A stretch of 64,000 nucleotides of DNA from Planctomycetota bacterium (lineage in GTDB: Bacteria > Planctomycetota > UBA8108 > SXIK01). This document shows positions 19,376 to 35,424 of the stretch, piece after piece. The notes beneath the pieces are model-generated. The model did no database searches, was not told the DNA's origin, and saw only the letters and a program-made list of their open reading frames with translations. The stretch covers positions 992,001-1,056,000 of the forward strand of contig CBDCXR010000004.1 of the NCBI GenBank assembly GCA_965223845.1, written 5' to 3'. The position numbers were made by a program, and so were the translations under genes. Position 1 is the first letter of the stretch; each line of letters opens with the position of its first letter.

Positions 19376-20566
19376 ATGGCAAAGGAAGAATTTGTTCGAA
19401 ATAAGCCCCACGTGAACATCGGCACGATCGGCCACGTCGACCACGGAAAGACGACTTTGACCGCTGCGATTACGCAGGTGCTGGCCGCGCGCGGACTCTC
19501 GAAAGAGAAGAGTTTCGAAGAGATCGATAACGCTCCCGAAGAGCGCGAGCGCGGAATCACGATCAACACGGCGCACGTCGAGTACGAGACGGCGAACCGC
19601 CACTACGCGCACGTCGACTGCCCGGGACACGCGGACTACGTGAAGAACATGGTGACCGGAGCGGCGCAGATGGACGGGGCGATCCTCGTAGTCAGCGCGG
19701 CGGACGGCCCGATGCCGCAGACGCGCGAGCACATTCTTCTCGCCCGTCAGGTCGGCGTGCCTCGTATCGTCTGCTTCATGAACAAGTGCGACGTCGTCGA
19801 CGACGAAGAGCTGCTCGAGCTCGTCGAGCTCGAAGTGCGTGAGCTCCTTTCGAAGTACGAGTTCCCGGGCGACGACCTTCCGGTCATCAAGGGCTCGGCG
19901 CTCCAGGCGCTCGAGAACCCGACCGACGAAGGGAAGTCGCAGTGCGTCATGGATCTCATGGATGCGGTCGACGACTACATCCCCGAGCCGAAGCGCGACG
20001 TTGATCAGCCCTTCCTGATGCCGGTCGAGGACGTCTTCAGCATCAAGGGGCGTGGGACGGTCGGCACGGGGCGGATCGAGCGCGGGCGTATCAGCACCGG
20101 TGACGAGGTCGATATCGTCGGCATGGAGGAGGAGATTCGAAAGACGACCGTGACCGGCGTCGAGATGTTCAACAAGACGCTGTCCGACGGGCAGGCCGGC
20201 GACAACGTTGGACTCCTTCTCCGCGGCGTCGACAAGAAGGATCTCGTCCGCGGACAGGTCCTCGCGAAGCCGGGAAGCATCACGCCGCACACGCACTTCG
20301 AATCGGAAGTCTACGTTCTGACGAAGGAAGAGGGAGGACGGCACACACCGTTCTTCTCCGGCTATCGGCCGCAGTTCTTCTTCCGTACCACCGACGTGAC
20401 GGGCTCCATCGAGCTCAAGGGTGCGGAGATGTGCATGCCGGGCGACAACGTGACGATGATCATCAAGCTCATCACCCCGATCGCATGCGAGCAGGGGCTG
20501 CGGTTCGCGATCCGCGAGGGCGGTCGGACCGTCGGCGCGGGGGTTGTGGGCAAGGTGATCGAGTAG
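19376..20566 (+). CDS. tuf: Elongation factor Tu
   Basis: [43 protein letters not shown]. Confidence 0.99.
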   Translation: MAKEEFVRNKPHVNIGTIGHVDHGKTTLTAAITQVLAARGLSKEKSFEEIDNAPEERERGITINTAHVEYETANRHYAHVDCPGHADYVKNMVTGAAQMDGAILVVSAADGPMPQTREHILLARQVGVPRIVCFMNKCDVVDDEELLELVELEVRELLSKYEFPGDDLPVIKGSALQALENPTDEGKSQCVMDLMDAVDDYIPEPKRDVDQPFLMPVEDVFSIKGRGTVGTGRIERGRISTGDEVDIVGMEEEIRKTTVTGVEMFNKTLSDGQAGDNVGLLLRGVDKKDLVRGQVLAKPGSITPHTHFESEVYVLTKEEGGRHTPFFSGYRPQFFFRTTDVTGSIELKGAEMCMPGDNVTMIIKLITPIACEQGLRFAIREGGRTVGAGVVGKVIE

Positions 20567-20687
20567 TACGATCGCCGGACCGCGTCGGGGGAGAGACGCG
20601 CCGGGCCGTGCCGCCGAGCAAACCGGCGGGGGGCGGCTCGGCGCGTCTCTCGTTCGCGCGCGGAAACGCCGGCCGATGCCTCGCTCC

Positions 20688-20763
20688 AGGCCAGTAGTTC
20701 AATTGGTAGAGCAGCGGATTCCAAATCCGCAAGTTGGGGGTTCGAGTCCCTCCTGGCCTGCCA
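20688..20763 (+). tRNA. tRNA-Trp(CCA)
   Basis: AGGCCAG/CTGGCCT acceptor, GCGGA-TTCCAAA-TCCGC anticodon arm, GGTTCGAGTCC, CCA end; usual position before secE. Confidence 0.96.
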
Positions 20764-20979
20764 AGCTCCTCGCATGAATATCGGAGCGTTGTTCCGCCGG
20801 GGGGAATCGCCGGCCAGTGCGGTTCGCGATCCAGTCGGAAGAGCCGTACGGACGAAGAACGAGAGAGGCGCCGCCGCCCGGCGGCCCGTCGAGCTCGAAT
20901 CGACCGAGCTCGGATGACCGGCCCCGCCGGGCCGAGAGTGAGAATCGAACGATCAGATCCAGCTTCTGAGGGAACTCTC

Positions 20980-21396
20980 GTGTGGAAGATCTATAAGGAA
21001 GGACAGGGGAAGTGGGCGCGCGGATTCCTCATGTTCATCGTCGGGATCGGAGCGCTCTACCTCGTCAGGATCGTCCACGACCTGCTGGGTGAGTCGGCCG
21101 AGCCCTGGACGGTCTTCGGTTGGGCGTTTGACTATCGCTGGCTGATCACCGCGCCGCTCCTGCTCGGGGCCGTCGCATTCGGGGTCTGGTTGTTCAATCA
21201 CCAAAAGACGGTCGACTTCCTGATCGATACCGAGAGCGAGCTCAAAACCAAGGTGACGTGGCCCACCAAAGAAGAAGAGATCAACGCTTCGGTTGTGGTT
21301 TGCGTGACCGTGATTATCATGATGATCTGGATCGTCATCTGGGATACGGCGTTTTCCTTCATGCGTGGGTTGATCTACCCCGAGGGCGGAGCCTGA
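20980..21396 (+). CDS. secE: Preprotein translocase subunit SecE (3-TM type)
   Basis: IYKEGQG N-terminus, DFLIDTESEL-x-x-KVTWPT motif plus TM; between tRNA-Trp and nusG; start GTG 20980. Confidence 0.9.
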   Translation: MWKIYKEGQGKWARGFLMFIVGIGALYLVRIVHDLLGESAEPWTVFGWAFDYRWLITAPLLLGAVAFGVWLFNHQKTVDFLIDTESELKTKVTWPTKEEEINASVVVCVTVIIMMIWIVIWDTAFSFMRGLIYPEGGA

Positions 21397-21743
21397 TACT
21401 CATTCCAGTGGCGTCTCCGGTCGTACGCGCTTCCACGCCGAACGGCGATCGGGCGCGATCGACACGAACGACAAAGTGGTGAAATCCGGCGGCCGTCTCG
21501 GGCGCCGAAACGTCGGAGCAGAGAAGGGGGGCGCCGCGTAGCTCACGCTGTGCGGCCGCGTCGGGTCCGACGCCGACCGGCGGATGCGCCGGTGCCGGCA
21601 CGACCAATGGCAGCCTCTCGAGACCGGGGGACGGGAGCCGAACCCCGTCGTCTCCCCTTGCCCCGCTGCCTCGCCTCCGGATCCCCGAATCTTTTTGCGA
21701 GGGGCGTCGAACCCGAGTGTTCACGCCCCTTCGGAAGGAAGAC

Positions 21744-22295
21744 ATGGTGAAACCAAGCACACCCGCGTCTCTCGAGTGGTACGTGCTCCGCGTGGCCAGC
21801 GGACGCGAGTCCACGCTGCGCGACGCCCTCCTCAAGAAGATCCAGCTCCGCGGCCTCGAAGAGTCAGTGCCGACGGTGCTCGTTCCCACCGAGAAGGTGT
21901 CGGAGATCAAGGGCGGGAAGAAGCGCTTCCGCGAGCGGAAGCTCTATCCCGGCTACATCATCGTCGAAATGGATCTCAACGACGACGTGTGGTACCTGCT
22001 CAAGGAGACGAACGGAATCGGTGATTTCGTCGGCTCGCAGCAGCGTCCGCTCCCCCTTCCTCCGGAAGAGGTCGAGAAGATCCTCAACACGATGAAGGAC
22101 AAGGACGAGGCCCCGGAGGTCAAGATCGACCTCGAGCCGGGCAACGGCGTGAAGATCAAGGAAGGTCCCTTCGAGAACTTCGATGGCACCGTCGACGAGA
22201 TCTTCCCCGCGAAGGGACAGGTGCGGGTGATCGTCACGATTTTTGGTAGAGCGACCCCGGTAGATTTGGAATACTGGCAGGTCGAAAAAATCTGA
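21744..22295 (+). CDS. nusG: Transcription termination/antitermination factor NusG
   Basis: WYVLRVASGRE, KLYPGYI, KOW motif VKIKEGPFENFDG, IFGRATPVDL. Confidence 0.97.
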   Translation: MVKPSTPASLEWYVLRVASGRESTLRDALLKKIQLRGLEESVPTVLVPTEKVSEIKGGKKRFRERKLYPGYIIVEMDLNDDVWYLLKETNGIGDFVGSQQRPLPLPPEEVEKILNTMKDKDEAPEVKIDLEPGNGVKIKEGPFENFDGTVDEIFPAKGQVRVIVTIFGRATPVDLEYWQVEKI

Positions 22296-22399
22296 GCCTC
22301 AGCCGGTAGTAAGCCTCGGTACGGCTCGAGCTCCGGTACGAATTGAACTCCAGCACGGATTGAGTCCGGCCGACCACCGACACGAGCGGGTGACCCCCT

Positions 22400-22837
22400 A
22401 TGCCTCCGAAGAAGGAAGTCAAAGCCAAGATCAAGCTGCAGATTCCAGGTGGTCAAGCCACGCCGGCACCGCCGGTGGGCCCGGCGCTCGGACAGCACGG
22501 CGTCAACATTGGCGAGTTCGTCTCGGCGTTCAACGAGCGGACGCGTGAGATGCAGGGCACCACGATCCCGGTCGAGCTCTTCGTCTACCCGGACCGGACG
22601 TTCGATTTTGACCTCAAGTCGCCGCCCGCGGCGGTTTTAGTGCGGCAGGCGGTCGGGCTCGCGAAGGGGGCGAACAACCCGGGGAAGGAGACCGTGGGAT
22701 CGATTCAGCGGGCGCAACTCGAAGAGATCGCGAAGACGAAGATGGCCGACCTGAACGCGGCGGATCTCGACGGCGCCGTCCGAATGATCGAGGGAACCTG
22801 CCGCAGCATGGGCGTCACGGTCGAAGGCGGGTCCTGA
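22400..22837 (+). CDS. rplK: 50S ribosomal protein L11
   Basis: [37 protein letters not shown]. Confidence 0.98.
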   Translation: MPPKKEVKAKIKLQIPGGQATPAPPVGPALGQHGVNIGEFVSAFNERTREMQGTTIPVELFVYPDRTFDFDLKSPPAAVLVRQAVGLAKGANNPGKETVGSIQRAQLEEIAKTKMADLNAADLDGAVRMIEGTCRSMGVTVEGGS

Positions 22838-23399
22838 CGTCTGCTCGCCGAGGCCCCGGATGGGTGCCTCGGGCGGACACGGATGCTCGGCGGGGCCGAG
22901 GTCGGGTGGGTCCGCCTCACCCGAACGGCCGACCGACTTTTTCTCAGAGTACGTATTGATTTCCCCTGGACACCGGGCTAAAAGTGTCCGTTTGGTCCGG
23001 CGGCACGGACTCCCCCCGGCTTCGCAAGCCGAAACTGGGCGGTGGCCTCGGGTCGTCGAGATCGCGGGGACGGTCACGGCGCGGGATGCCGTGTGGGACG
23101 GAGGAGTCCGCGGACGTCGAGAACTCGGGGACACCGAGCGTTCGGGCCTGAACTCGTTTCCCGCTCTCGCTCGCCGTCGTGAGCTTGAACACGCCGGCGC
23201 TTGGAGAGACGGGTTTCCGGATCGCGTACCGAACGAGCGACGCTCCGCACTCTAGGACACCGCGGCGGACGCCGGTTGGCGTGCCGCACGTGGGAGAAAA
23301 CCCGGTTGAGCTCCACGCTGGAAGTGTGCGTACGACGTGTTCGGCGTCGTGCCGAACGCGAGAAAGCGAGAGCCTCGGCGTACGGAAGGTTTTCGACGC

Positions 23400-24077
23400 A
23401 TGGCGAGAAACTCTAAAAAACTCGAACGAAACAAGATCAAGCGACCGGCGGGTCCGCTCGCGATTCCGGATGCGGTCGAGCTCGTGCTCAACTTCGAGGG
23501 CGCGAAGTTCGACGAGACGGTCGAGCTCGCGGTCAAGCTCGGAATCGATCCCAAGAAACAGGCGCTCCGCGGCGCGGTCTCACTCCCGCACGGAATCGGG
23601 AAGACCGTGCGCGTGATCGCGTTCGCCGAGGGCGACGCGGCGACGGCGGCGACCGACGCCGGCGCGGCCGAGGTCGGCGGCGAAGAGCTGGCTAAGAAGA
23701 TCATGGACGGTTGGCTCGACTTCGACGTCGCGATCGCGCACCCCGCGATGATGCGTCACGTGGGAAAGCTCGGACGAGTGCTCGGGCCGCACGGGAAGAT
23801 GCCGTCGCCGAAATCGGGGACCGTCACCGACAACGTCGGCCAGGCAGTTCGGGATTTCGTCGCCGGCAAGATCGAGTTTCGGGCGGACGACGGCGGTAAC
23901 GTCCACGCTCCCGTGGGGAAGAAGTCATTCAAGCGCGACCAATTGGTGGAGAACATTCGGGCGTTCCTCGACCACCTCGTTTCGATCAAGCCCGCGGCGG
24001 CGAAGGGAGTGTACCTCCAGAAGGCGGCGATCTCCGCGACCATGAGTCCCGGCGTCCCGCTCGTCCTGTCGGCGTAA
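23400..24077 (+). CDS. rplA: 50S ribosomal protein L1
   Basis: [46 protein letters not shown]. Confidence 0.98.
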   Translation: MARNSKKLERNKIKRPAGPLAIPDAVELVLNFEGAKFDETVELAVKLGIDPKKQALRGAVSLPHGIGKTVRVIAFAEGDAATAATDAGAAEVGGEELAKKIMDGWLDFDVAIAHPAMMRHVGKLGRVLGPHGKMPSPKSGTVTDNVGQAVRDFVAGKIEFRADDGGNVHAPVGKKSFKRDQLVENIRAFLDHLVSIKPAAAKGVYLQKAAISATMSPGVPLVLSA

Positions 24078-24206
24078 GCCGGCATCTCGAAGTCGGCTCG
24101 GGCCGCTCCGGATTGGAGCGGGACGCGAGCCCGGGCGACGAGACGGCCGCGGTCGGCTCGCCCGTGGATCCCGCGGGAAATCCACTGACGATAGCGTGAA
24201 ACGACG

Positions 24207-24728
24207 ATGGCAAAAGAACTCAAAAACCTGATTTGCGACGATCTGCGGCGCGCGTTCTCCGATCTCGACGGTTGCGTCCTGATCGACTACCGCGGACTCA
24301 ACGCGGAACAAACCGTCGATCTCCGGTCTGTGCTCCGCGAGTCCGGTGTGCGGATGAATGTCGTTCGAAACCGTCTCGCGCGGCGCGTGCTCGCAGAGAT
24401 GGGAGCGCCCGACGACTTCTGCGACCAGCTTCGTGGACCGATCGCGGTTCTATTCGGAGGGGACGGAGCGTTCACGGCGTCGAAGGGCGTCGCGAAATGG
24501 CGGAAGAAGAACCGCGACCTCGCCGAGATTCGCGGGGGCCTCTTTCAGGGGCGTGCGCTGACGCCCGAAGACGTCGGTCGACTCGCCGATATTCCCGAGC
24601 CGGACGTCCTGCGGGCGACTCTGGCCGCGACCTTCATGTCGCCGCTCACGCACCTCAGCTCGTGCGCGCAGAGTCTCGTCTCTCATCTGGCGGGTTGCGC
24701 GAAAGCGCAGCACGAGGCCGCGAGCTGA
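24207..24728 (+). CDS. rplJ: 50S ribosomal protein L10
   Basis: [25 protein letters not shown]; position between rplA and rplL. Confidence 0.92.
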   Translation: MAKELKNLICDDLRRAFSDLDGCVLIDYRGLNAEQTVDLRSVLRESGVRMNVVRNRLARRVLAEMGAPDDFCDQLRGPIAVLFGGDGAFTASKGVAKWRKKNRDLAEIRGGLFQGRALTPEDVGRLADIPEPDVLRATLAATFMSPLTHLSSCAQSLVSHLAGCAKAQHEAAS

Positions 24729-24943
24729 GCGTCATGAATCTCCGGGAAGAGGGAACGAGGGGAATCCGAACGTAAGCGAAAGTGACCGCGCTCGGCAGCG
24801 GCGCAATCGGTCGACGTTGACGCCGACCGACAGCATGAGAAAACCGGACCGTCGAGAAACTGGGACCGTCGCGAGTGCGTCCCGGTCGACCTCGGTGGTG
24901 AACGACGAAACGAGTGAAATCGAACCAAGGAGCGTCGTAAACG

Positions 24944-25351
24944 ATGAGCGAAGAAGCCACCGAAACCAAAACCTACAGCGAGAAGGTCACCCAGATCGTC
25001 GACCTCTTTCTGGACCTGAACGTGATGGAGCTCCTCGAGCTTCAGGACGCCCTCGAGGCGAAGGGCATCAAGCCAGCGGCGGCGGCGGCCGTCGCCGTGG
25101 CGGGCCCGGCCGGCGGCGGCGAAGCCGCGGCTGAGGAGAAGACCACGTTCGACGTGATTCTGAAGAGTGGCGGCGGGAACAAGATCCCCGTCATCAAGGA
25201 GGTCCGTGCGATTACGAGCCTCGGCCTCAAGGAGGCGAAGGCTCTGGTCGACGGCGCGCCGAAGCCGGTCAAGGAAGGCGTGCCGAAGGAAGAAGCCGAG
25301 AAGATCAAGGCGCAGCTCGAAGAGGCGGGGGCCGAAGTCGAGCTGCAGTGA
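24944..25351 (+). CDS. rplL: 50S ribosomal protein L7/L12
   Basis: Ala-rich hinge, [30 protein letters not shown]. Confidence 0.98.
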   Translation: MSEEATETKTYSEKVTQIVDLFLDLNVMELLELQDALEAKGIKPAAAAAVAVAGPAGGGEAAAEEKTTFDVILKSGGGNKIPVIKEVRAITSLGLKEAKALVDGAPKPVKEGVPKEEAEKIKAQLEEAGAEVELQ

Positions 25352-25836
25352 GTTCGATGGTTTCGCCGCCCCGACGGTCGATGGACGCTGGCCGCGAGTT
25401 TCGGCCGCAGCCGGTTTCCTTCGACCGGGAGAGCTCAGCGCGGCGGCGGAAACGGTGTCGGCGTCGTCTGCGCGGGCGTTCCGCGCGGCGGTCATTCGAG
25501 CTCGGATTGGCGGAGGGGTGAAGGAGAGGAGTCGGAGCGGCGCATCCGGGTGCCGCGGCGAGATCGACCGGCGCAGCGCGAGCGCGCGCGTGGGATCGGT
25601 GCCGAGCGGTTCAGACGAGCGAGCTGAGGCGCCTCGGTTCGGAACCAAGGACGCCGCTGTTCGCCGGGGTTTTTCGCCGAGCCCTACCGTCGATTCCCGC
25701 GGAGCCGAAATCGAGTGCACGAGAGCGAACGAGTGGAGTGCGGGATGACCGCTGCCCCGGACCGGCAGCGCAGTCGCAGCATACGTAACGGGTGCCCGGA
25801 AGAGCGAGTCGGCCGTACCCGAGGGAGGTTTCGTCG

Positions 25837-29658
<3,822 letters not shown>

Positions 29659-29802
29659 CGTGCCCGGTCGGAGCGCGGGCGGATCGGATTTCGATCCCGC
29701 GCGCTCCGATCGCGGCAACCGCAACATTTTCTGACGAAAGACCGCCGCGCGCTTGACGACGAGCGCGCGCGAGTGAACGACGATCCACTAGAGGAGTCTT
29801 CC

Positions 29803-32800
29803 ATGGTCGATACGGCCTACGAACGCGTAAACGACTACAGCGGCGTTCACATCCGACTGGCTTCTCCGAACGACATCCTCTCTTGGTCCTACGGCGAAGT
29901 GAAAAAGCCGGAGACCATCAACTACCGCACCTACCGACCGGAGAAGGACGGGCTCTTCTGCGAGCGCATCTTCGGGCCGGAGCGCGACTGGGAGTGCTTC
30001 TGTGGGAAGTACAAGGGGATCAAGCACCGCGGAATCATCTGTGACCGCTGCGGTATCAAGATCACGCATTCCCGCGTGCGGCGCGAGCGAATGGGGCACA
30101 TCAACCTCGCGGCGCCCGTCGTTCACATCTGGTTCTTCAAGGCGATGCCGTCGCGGCTCGGCAATCTCCTCGCGATGAAGACGTCGAACCTCGAGCGAGT
30201 GATCTACTACCAGGACTATGTCGTCATCGATCCGGGCGACACTCAGCTCAAGGAGAAGCAGCTCCTCACGGAAGAGGAGTTCCGGATGTGCCGAGAGAAG
30301 TACGGCGACTCGTTCGAGGCGGACACGGGCGCCGAGGCGGTGCGGAAGCTGATCCAGCACATCGATCTCGAGAGCCTCGTCGAAGAGCTGAAAGCCGAGC
30401 TCAAGACGACGAAGAGCAAGCAGAAGACGAAGGAGCTGATCAGTCGGCTCAAGATCGTGAAGGCGATCCTCGACTCCGGAAACCGTCCGGACTGGATGAT
30501 CCTCGACGTCGTGCCGGTGATCCCGCCGGATCTCCGTCCGCTCGTTCTCCTCGAGAGCGGAAACTTCGCGACGAGCGATCTCAACGATCTTTACCGGCGT
30601 CTCATCAACCGGAACAACCGGCTGAAGAAGCTGCTCGACCTGAACGCGCCGGAGGTGATCATCCGGAACGAAAAGCGGATGCTCCAGCACTCCGTAGACG
30701 CGCTCATGGACAACAGCCGGTGCCGCCGGCCGGTCCTCGGGTCGAACAATCGACCGCTGAAGTCGCTTACCGACATGATCAAGGGTAAGCAGGGTCGCTT
30801 CCGGGAAAACCTGCTCGGAAAGCGCGTCGACTACAGCGCGCGTTCGGTGATCACCGTCGGTCCGGAGCTCCAGCTTCATCAGTGCGGACTGCCGAAGAAG
30901 ATCGCGCTCGAGCTCTACCAGCCGTTCATTATCCGTCGCCTGAAAGAGCTCGGTCACGCCGACACGATCAAGAGCGCGAAGAAGATGCTCGAGCGGAAGG
31001 ACGAGGAGGTCTGGGACATCCTCGAGGATGTCATCCACGAGCATCCCGTGCTTCTCAATCGCGCGCCGACGCTTCACCGAATGGGGATTCAGGCGTTCGA
31101 GCCGGTCCTCATCGAGGGAAACGCGATCAAGATCCATCCGCTCGTCTGCGAGGGATTCAACGCCGATTTCGACGGCGATCAGATGGCGGTTCACCTCCCG
31201 CTCTCGATCGAGGCTCAGGTGGAAGCCTCGACCTTGATGCTCTCGACGAACAACGTGTTCTCGCCCGCGAGCGGACGTCCCGTCATCGCGCCGTCGCAGG
31301 ACATCGTCCTCGGCTGCTACTACCTGACCGCCGCGCTTCCCTACGACACCGGCGAGGACGTCCGTACGTTCAGCGACCGGATGGAGGTCTTCCGCGCACA
31401 CGGCGCGTCGAAGATCAACTTCCACACGCGCGTCAAAGTCCGGCTCGGCGAAAACGTGAGCATCGTCGACCGCAGCGGCGTGCAAACGAGCGAGAGCGGC
31501 GTTCTCGAGACCACGGCCGGGCGCATCTTTTTCAATGACATCCTCCCGGAGGGGATGAGCTTCTACAACCTCGAGATGACCAAGAGCAATCTGAGCCGGG
31601 TCATCCACGACTGCTACCAGCTCCTCGGCCGGCGCTCAACGCTCAGCCTTCTCGACGACCTCAAGGATCTCGGCTTCAAGATCGCGACGATCGCCGGCCT
31701 CTCGTTCGCGAAGGAGGATCTCCGCGTTCCGGAGTCAAAGGCCAAGGTGATCGCCGAGACGCAGACCGAGGTCGAGCGAGTCGAGAAGCAGTACCAAGCG
31801 GGTGTCATCACCGACATCGAGCGCTACAACATGATCATCGATCACTGGACGAGCGCGACGGAGCGCATCGGTGAAGACATGATCGGCGCGCTCAAGAACG
31901 ACGAGCGCGACGGGACGCCGGTGCTGAATCCCATCTACATGATGGTCGATTCCGGTGCGCGCGGAAGCTCGACACAGATCCGTCAGCTCGCCGGAATGCG
32001 TGGTCTCATGGCCAAGCCGTCGGGAAAGATCATCGAAACTCCGATCAAGGCGAGCTTCCGCGAAGGCTTGCGGGTCCTCGAGTACTTCTCCTCCACCCAC
32101 GGTGCCCGGAAGGGACTCGCGGACACGGCGCTCAAGACGGCCGACTCCGGTTACCTCACGCGCAAGCTCGCGGACGTCGCTCAGAACGTTGTGATCACCG
32201 AGCACGACTGCGGCACGCTCAACGGCATCACGAAGGGCGTGATCTACAAGGGCGACAAGGTCGAGATCCCCCTCGTTCGAAGCATCACCGGGCGGGTCGC
32301 TCGCGACAAGATCGTCGATATCGTGTCCGACGAGGTGATCGTCGAGGAAAACCAGCTCATCACGGAAAAGGTCGCGCAGCGCATCGAATCGATGCGCTAC
32401 GACAAGATCCGCGTGCGCTCGCCGCTAACCTGCGAGAGCGCTCTCGGCGTGTGTCGGTGCTGCTACGGCATGGACCTGTCCACCGGGCGCACCGTCGAGA
32501 GCGGGCTCGCGGTCGGAATCATCGCGGCGCAGTCGATCGGCGAGCCGGGAACGCAGCTCACGATGCGGACGTTCCATATCGGCGGAATCGCCTCGAAGTC
32601 GGTCGAGGAGACCGGCGTAACCGCGAAGCGTAAGGGTCGCGTTCAGTTCAGCAACTTGAAGGTGATCGCCAACGACCAAGGTCAGACGATCGTCCTCAAC
32701 CGCACTGGCGAGATCGCGATCCTCGACGCGAAGGGAATCGAGCTCGAGCGCCACGAGGTGCCGGCGGGAGCCGTCGTCCTCGTGAACGAGGGCGACGAGA

Positions 32801-33984
32801 TCAAGTCCGGAACGGAGATCGCGCAGTGGGATGCGCACATGATCCCGATCATCGCGGACAAAGGCGGAATCGCGGAGTACGACGACATCGTCGACGGCGT
32901 CACGATGAAGCTCGAGGAAGATCCGGTGTCGAAGACCATGCGACGCCAGATCATCGAGCACAAGGGCGAGCTCCATCCGCAGATCGTCATCAAGGACACG
33001 AACGGCGAGCCCCTCGCCATGTACCCGATTCCGGAGAAGGCCTACGTCGAGGTCGAGCCCGGGCAGAAGGTCGGTGCGGGAACGCTCCTCGCGAAAACCC
33101 CTCGCGAGATGAGCGGAACGCAGGACATCACGGGAGGTCTGCCGCGCGTCACTGAGCTTTTCGAAGTGCGCCGGCCGAAGAATCCATCCGTGATTGCAGA
33201 AATCGACGGCTCGGTCGAGCTCGGCGAGAAGAAGCGCGGGAAGGCGACCATCCTCGTCCGCAACGATTCGGGCATGGAGGTCTCACACGTCATTCCGCAC
33301 GGCAAGCACTTCCGCGTTCACCGCGGGGACGTCGTCGAAGCCGGAGACGCCCTCGTCGACGGGCCACTCGTCCCGAAAGACATCCTCCGGATCAACGGAG
33401 AGGAAGCCGTCCAGCAGTACCTCCTCCGGGAAATCCAGAACGTCTACCGCTCGCAGAACGTGACGATCGACGATAAGCACATCGAGATCATCATCGCGCA
33501 GATGCTGCGGAATATCGAAGTCGTCGACTCCGGCGATACGGAGCTGCTGCCGGGGACGGTGATCGACAAGTACCGCTTCCGGAAGATCAATCAGGAGACC
33601 GTCAAGCTCGGGAAGAAGCCCGCGACCGCGGAGCCGCTCCTTCTCGGGATCACCAAGGCGTCGCTCCACTCGGAGAGCTTCATTTCGGCGGCGAGCTTCC
33701 AGGAGACGACCAAGGTGTTGACCGAGGCTGCGCTCGCGGGTAAAACCGACAGCCTTGTCGGCCTCAAAGAGAACGTCATCCTAGGGCACCTCGTGCCGGC
33801 TGGCACCGGGTTCAAGGAGTTCCTCGGGCGAACCGTCAAGAAGCTCGGCGAGCCCGTCGCGCGACGTGTGGAAAGCGTCAGGTTCGAGGAGGTCGACGCA
33901 CCCGCGGAGGTCGGGATCGCCGAAGGCGACAGCCCGACTCCGTCCGATGCGGTCGTCGCGCCTACCGATGAGATCGGTTCGTAG
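29803..33984 (+). CDS. rpoC: DNA-directed RNA polymerase subunit beta'
   Basis: [13 protein letters not shown], Zn-finger cysteines, [24 protein letters not shown]; start ATG 29803 after GAGGAG. Confidence 0.99.
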   Translation: MVDTAYERVNDYSGVHIRLASPNDILSWSYGEVKKPETINYRTYRPEKDGLFCERIFGPERDWECFCGKYKGIKHRGIICDRCGIKITHSRVRRERMGHINLAAPVVHIWFFKAMPSRLGNLLAMKTSNLERVIYYQDYVVIDPGDTQLKEKQLLTEEEFRMCREKYGDSFEADTGAEAVRKLIQHIDLESLVEELKAELKTTKSKQKTKELISRLKIVKAILDSGNRPDWMILDVVPVIPPDLRPLVLLESGNFATSDLNDLYRRLINRNNRLKKLLDLNAPEVIIRNEKRMLQHSVDALMDNSRCRRPVLGSNNRPLKSLTDMIKGKQGRFRENLLGKRVDYSARSVITVGPELQLHQCGLPKKIALELYQPFIIRRLKELGHADTIKSAKKMLERKDEEVWDILEDVIHEHPVLLNRAPTLHRMGIQAFEPVLIEGNAIKIHPLVCEGFNADFDGDQMAVHLPLSIEAQVEASTLMLSTNNVFSPASGRPVIAPSQDIVLGCYYLTAALPYDTGEDVRTFSDRMEVFRAHGASKINFHTRVKVRLGENVSIVDRSGVQTSESGVLETTAGRIFFNDILPEGMSFYNLEMTKSNLSRVIHDCYQLLGRRSTLSLLDDLKDLGFKIATIAGLSFAKEDLRVPESKAKVIAETQTEVERVEKQYQAGVITDIERYNMIIDHWTSATERIGEDMIGALKNDERDGTPVLNPIYMMVDSGARGSSTQIRQLAGMRGLMAKPSGKIIETPIKASFREGLRVLEYFSSTHGARKGLADTALKTADSGYLTRKLADVAQNVVITEHDCGTLNGITKGVIYKGDKVEIPLVRSITGRVARDKIVDIVSDEVIVEENQLITEKVAQRIESMRYDKIRVRSPLTCESALGVCRCCYGMDLSTGRTVESGLAVGIIAAQSIGEPGTQLTMRTFHIGGIASKSVEETGVTAKRKGRVQFSNLKVIANDQGQTIVLNRTGEIAILDAKGIELERHEVPAGAVVLVNEGDEIKSGTEIAQWDAHMIPIIADKGGIAEYDDIVDGVTMKLEEDPVSKTMRRQIIEHKGELHPQIVIKDTNGEPLAMYPIPEKAYVEVEPGQKVGAGTLLAKTPREMSGTQDITGGLPRVTELFEVRRPKNPSVIAEIDGSVELGEKKRGKATILVRNDSGMEVSHVIPHGKHFRVHRGDVVEAGDALVDGPLVPKDILRINGEEAVQQYLLREIQNVYRSQNVTIDDKHIEIIIAQMLRNIEVVDSGDTELLPGTVIDKYRFRKINQETVKLGKKPATAEPLLLGITKASLHSESFISAASFQETTKVLTEAALAGKTDSLVGLKENVILGHLVPAGTGFKEFLGRTVKKLGEPVARRVESVRFEEVDAPAEVGIAEGDSPTPSDAVVAPTDEIGS

Positions 33985-34060
33985 CTTCGGAGCGAACGTG
34001 TCCAGCCCATCCCCCAGGGGAATCTCAGAGAGGCGCGCGTAGGGAATTCAGAGAGGATCG

Positions 34061-34429
34061 ATGCCGACCTTCAACCAGCTGGTCCGCAAGGGCCGAAAGA
34101 AAGTTCCCCGAAAGAGCAAGGCGCCAGTCCTCGACCAGTGCCCGCAGCGGCGTGGCGTGTGCCTTCAGGTGCGCACCATGACCCCGAAGAAGCCGAATTC
34201 GGCCCTTCGGAAGATCGCTCGCGTTCGACTCACGAACGGGAAAGAGATCACGGCGTACATCGGCGGCGTCGGACACAACATACAGGAGCATTCGATCGTC
34301 CTGGTCCGCGGGGGCCGCGTGCGCGACCTCCCCGGCGTTCGGTATCACGTCGTGCGCGGGACGCTCGACGCGACGGGTGTCGACGGTCGGAAGCAGGGTC
34401 GATCGAAGTACGGAACTAAGGCCAAGTAG
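34061..34429 (+). CDS. rpsL: 30S ribosomal protein S12
   Basis: [33 protein letters not shown]. Confidence 0.99.
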   Translation: MPTFNQLVRKGRKKVPRKSKAPVLDQCPQRRGVCLQVRTMTPKKPNSALRKIARVRLTNGKEITAYIGGVGHNIQEHSIVLVRGGRVRDLPGVRYHVVRGTLDATGVDGRKQGRSKYGTKAK

Positions 34430-34447
34430 ACGTAAGCGCAGGGACGA

Positions 34448-34960
34448 ATGGCGTTTAGAGGATCTCGGAAAAAGAAAGACGAAAAGAAGAAGTTCAAGTT
34501 CAAGTCGACTGAACGCTTCTTGAAGCCCGATCCGAAGTGCGACAACTTGGTCGTCGCGAAGCTGATCAACAAGATCATGCTCGACGGTAAGAAGTCTGTC
34601 GCCCGCCGCGTCGTCTACGACGCCCTCGATATCATCGAGAAGCGCGTCAAGGACCAGGTTCCGCTCGACGTTCTCCTCACCGCCATCAACAACATCAAGC
34701 CGCGCCTTGAGGTGCGTTCTCGGCGGGTGGGCGGCGCGACGTACCAGGTCCCCATGGAGGTGAGCGCGCGGCGCCAGCAGACCCTGGCGATCCGGACGCT
34801 CGTGGGGAACAGCCGGTCGAAGAAGGGAAAGCCGCTCTCGGTGCGACTCGCTGACGAGCTGATCGACGCTTACAACCACCAGGGAGCGTCGATTCAGTGG
34901 CGGGAGAATACGCACAAGATGGCGGAGGCGAACAAGCTGTTCGCCCACTTCGCCTGGTAA
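34448..34960 (+). CDS. rpsG: 30S ribosomal protein S7
   Basis: PDP, MLDGKKS, EVRSRRVGGATYQVP, HKMAEANKLFAHFAW; Lys-rich N-terminal extension. Confidence 0.98.
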   Translation: MAFRGSRKKKDEKKKFKFKSTERFLKPDPKCDNLVVAKLINKIMLDGKKSVARRVVYDALDIIEKRVKDQVPLDVLLTAINNIKPRLEVRSRRVGGATYQVPMEVSARRQQTLAIRTLVGNSRSKKGKPLSVRLADELIDAYNHQGASIQWRENTHKMAEANKLFAHFAW

Positions 34961-35390
34961 GTCGGTTCCTCTCGGGGGCGTCGCGAGGCCCCTCTGCGCT
35001 CGGCCCGCCGGAACGAATGTACCCCGGCGATGCGCTCGGTGTGTCGGTGCGCACTCGGGAACATTCCGTCGCCGCGGCGGTGAGTCTTCTGCGCCGTCGC
35101 ACGCGTACGAGCTCGGCTTCACCTCGTCGGTTACGAGCGTGGGCGGGCGGGGTCCCCAAGTGATCGGTGGAGCGCGCGAGCCTGGCTTCGACCGGTTCGC
35201 CGGATTGTGGCCCGGCTTCCGCTTCGTTCGCGCGTTCGCGGGACCTCGTGGTGGAATCCTCGCACCAACGGACGCGGGTTCGGCCTGGGGATGCCCGCAA
35301 ATCAACGGTCGCGCGAGCGCCGTCGACGACCGTTCGAGGGGTGATTCTGACCGGTCGAAGTTTGCGGGCGAGGTTGGTGTCAGTTCCCTG

Positions 35391-35418
35391 TTGACAGCCG
35401 ACCCCGAAAATCTATAAT
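35391..35418 (+). promoter_or_regulatory. Consensus sigma70 promoter of the S10 operon
   Basis: Perfect TTGACA-N16-TATAAT in an AT-rich patch upstream of rpsJ. Confidence 0.85.
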
Positions 35419-35424
35419 TTCAAT

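Noticed and set aside
21397-21743. secE-nusG spacer containing GGTGAAATCCGG (cobalamin-riboswitch-like) and GCCGCGTAGCTCA (tRNA-like)
   Set aside because: Only short fragments match; the rest of each structure is missing and the context does not fit.
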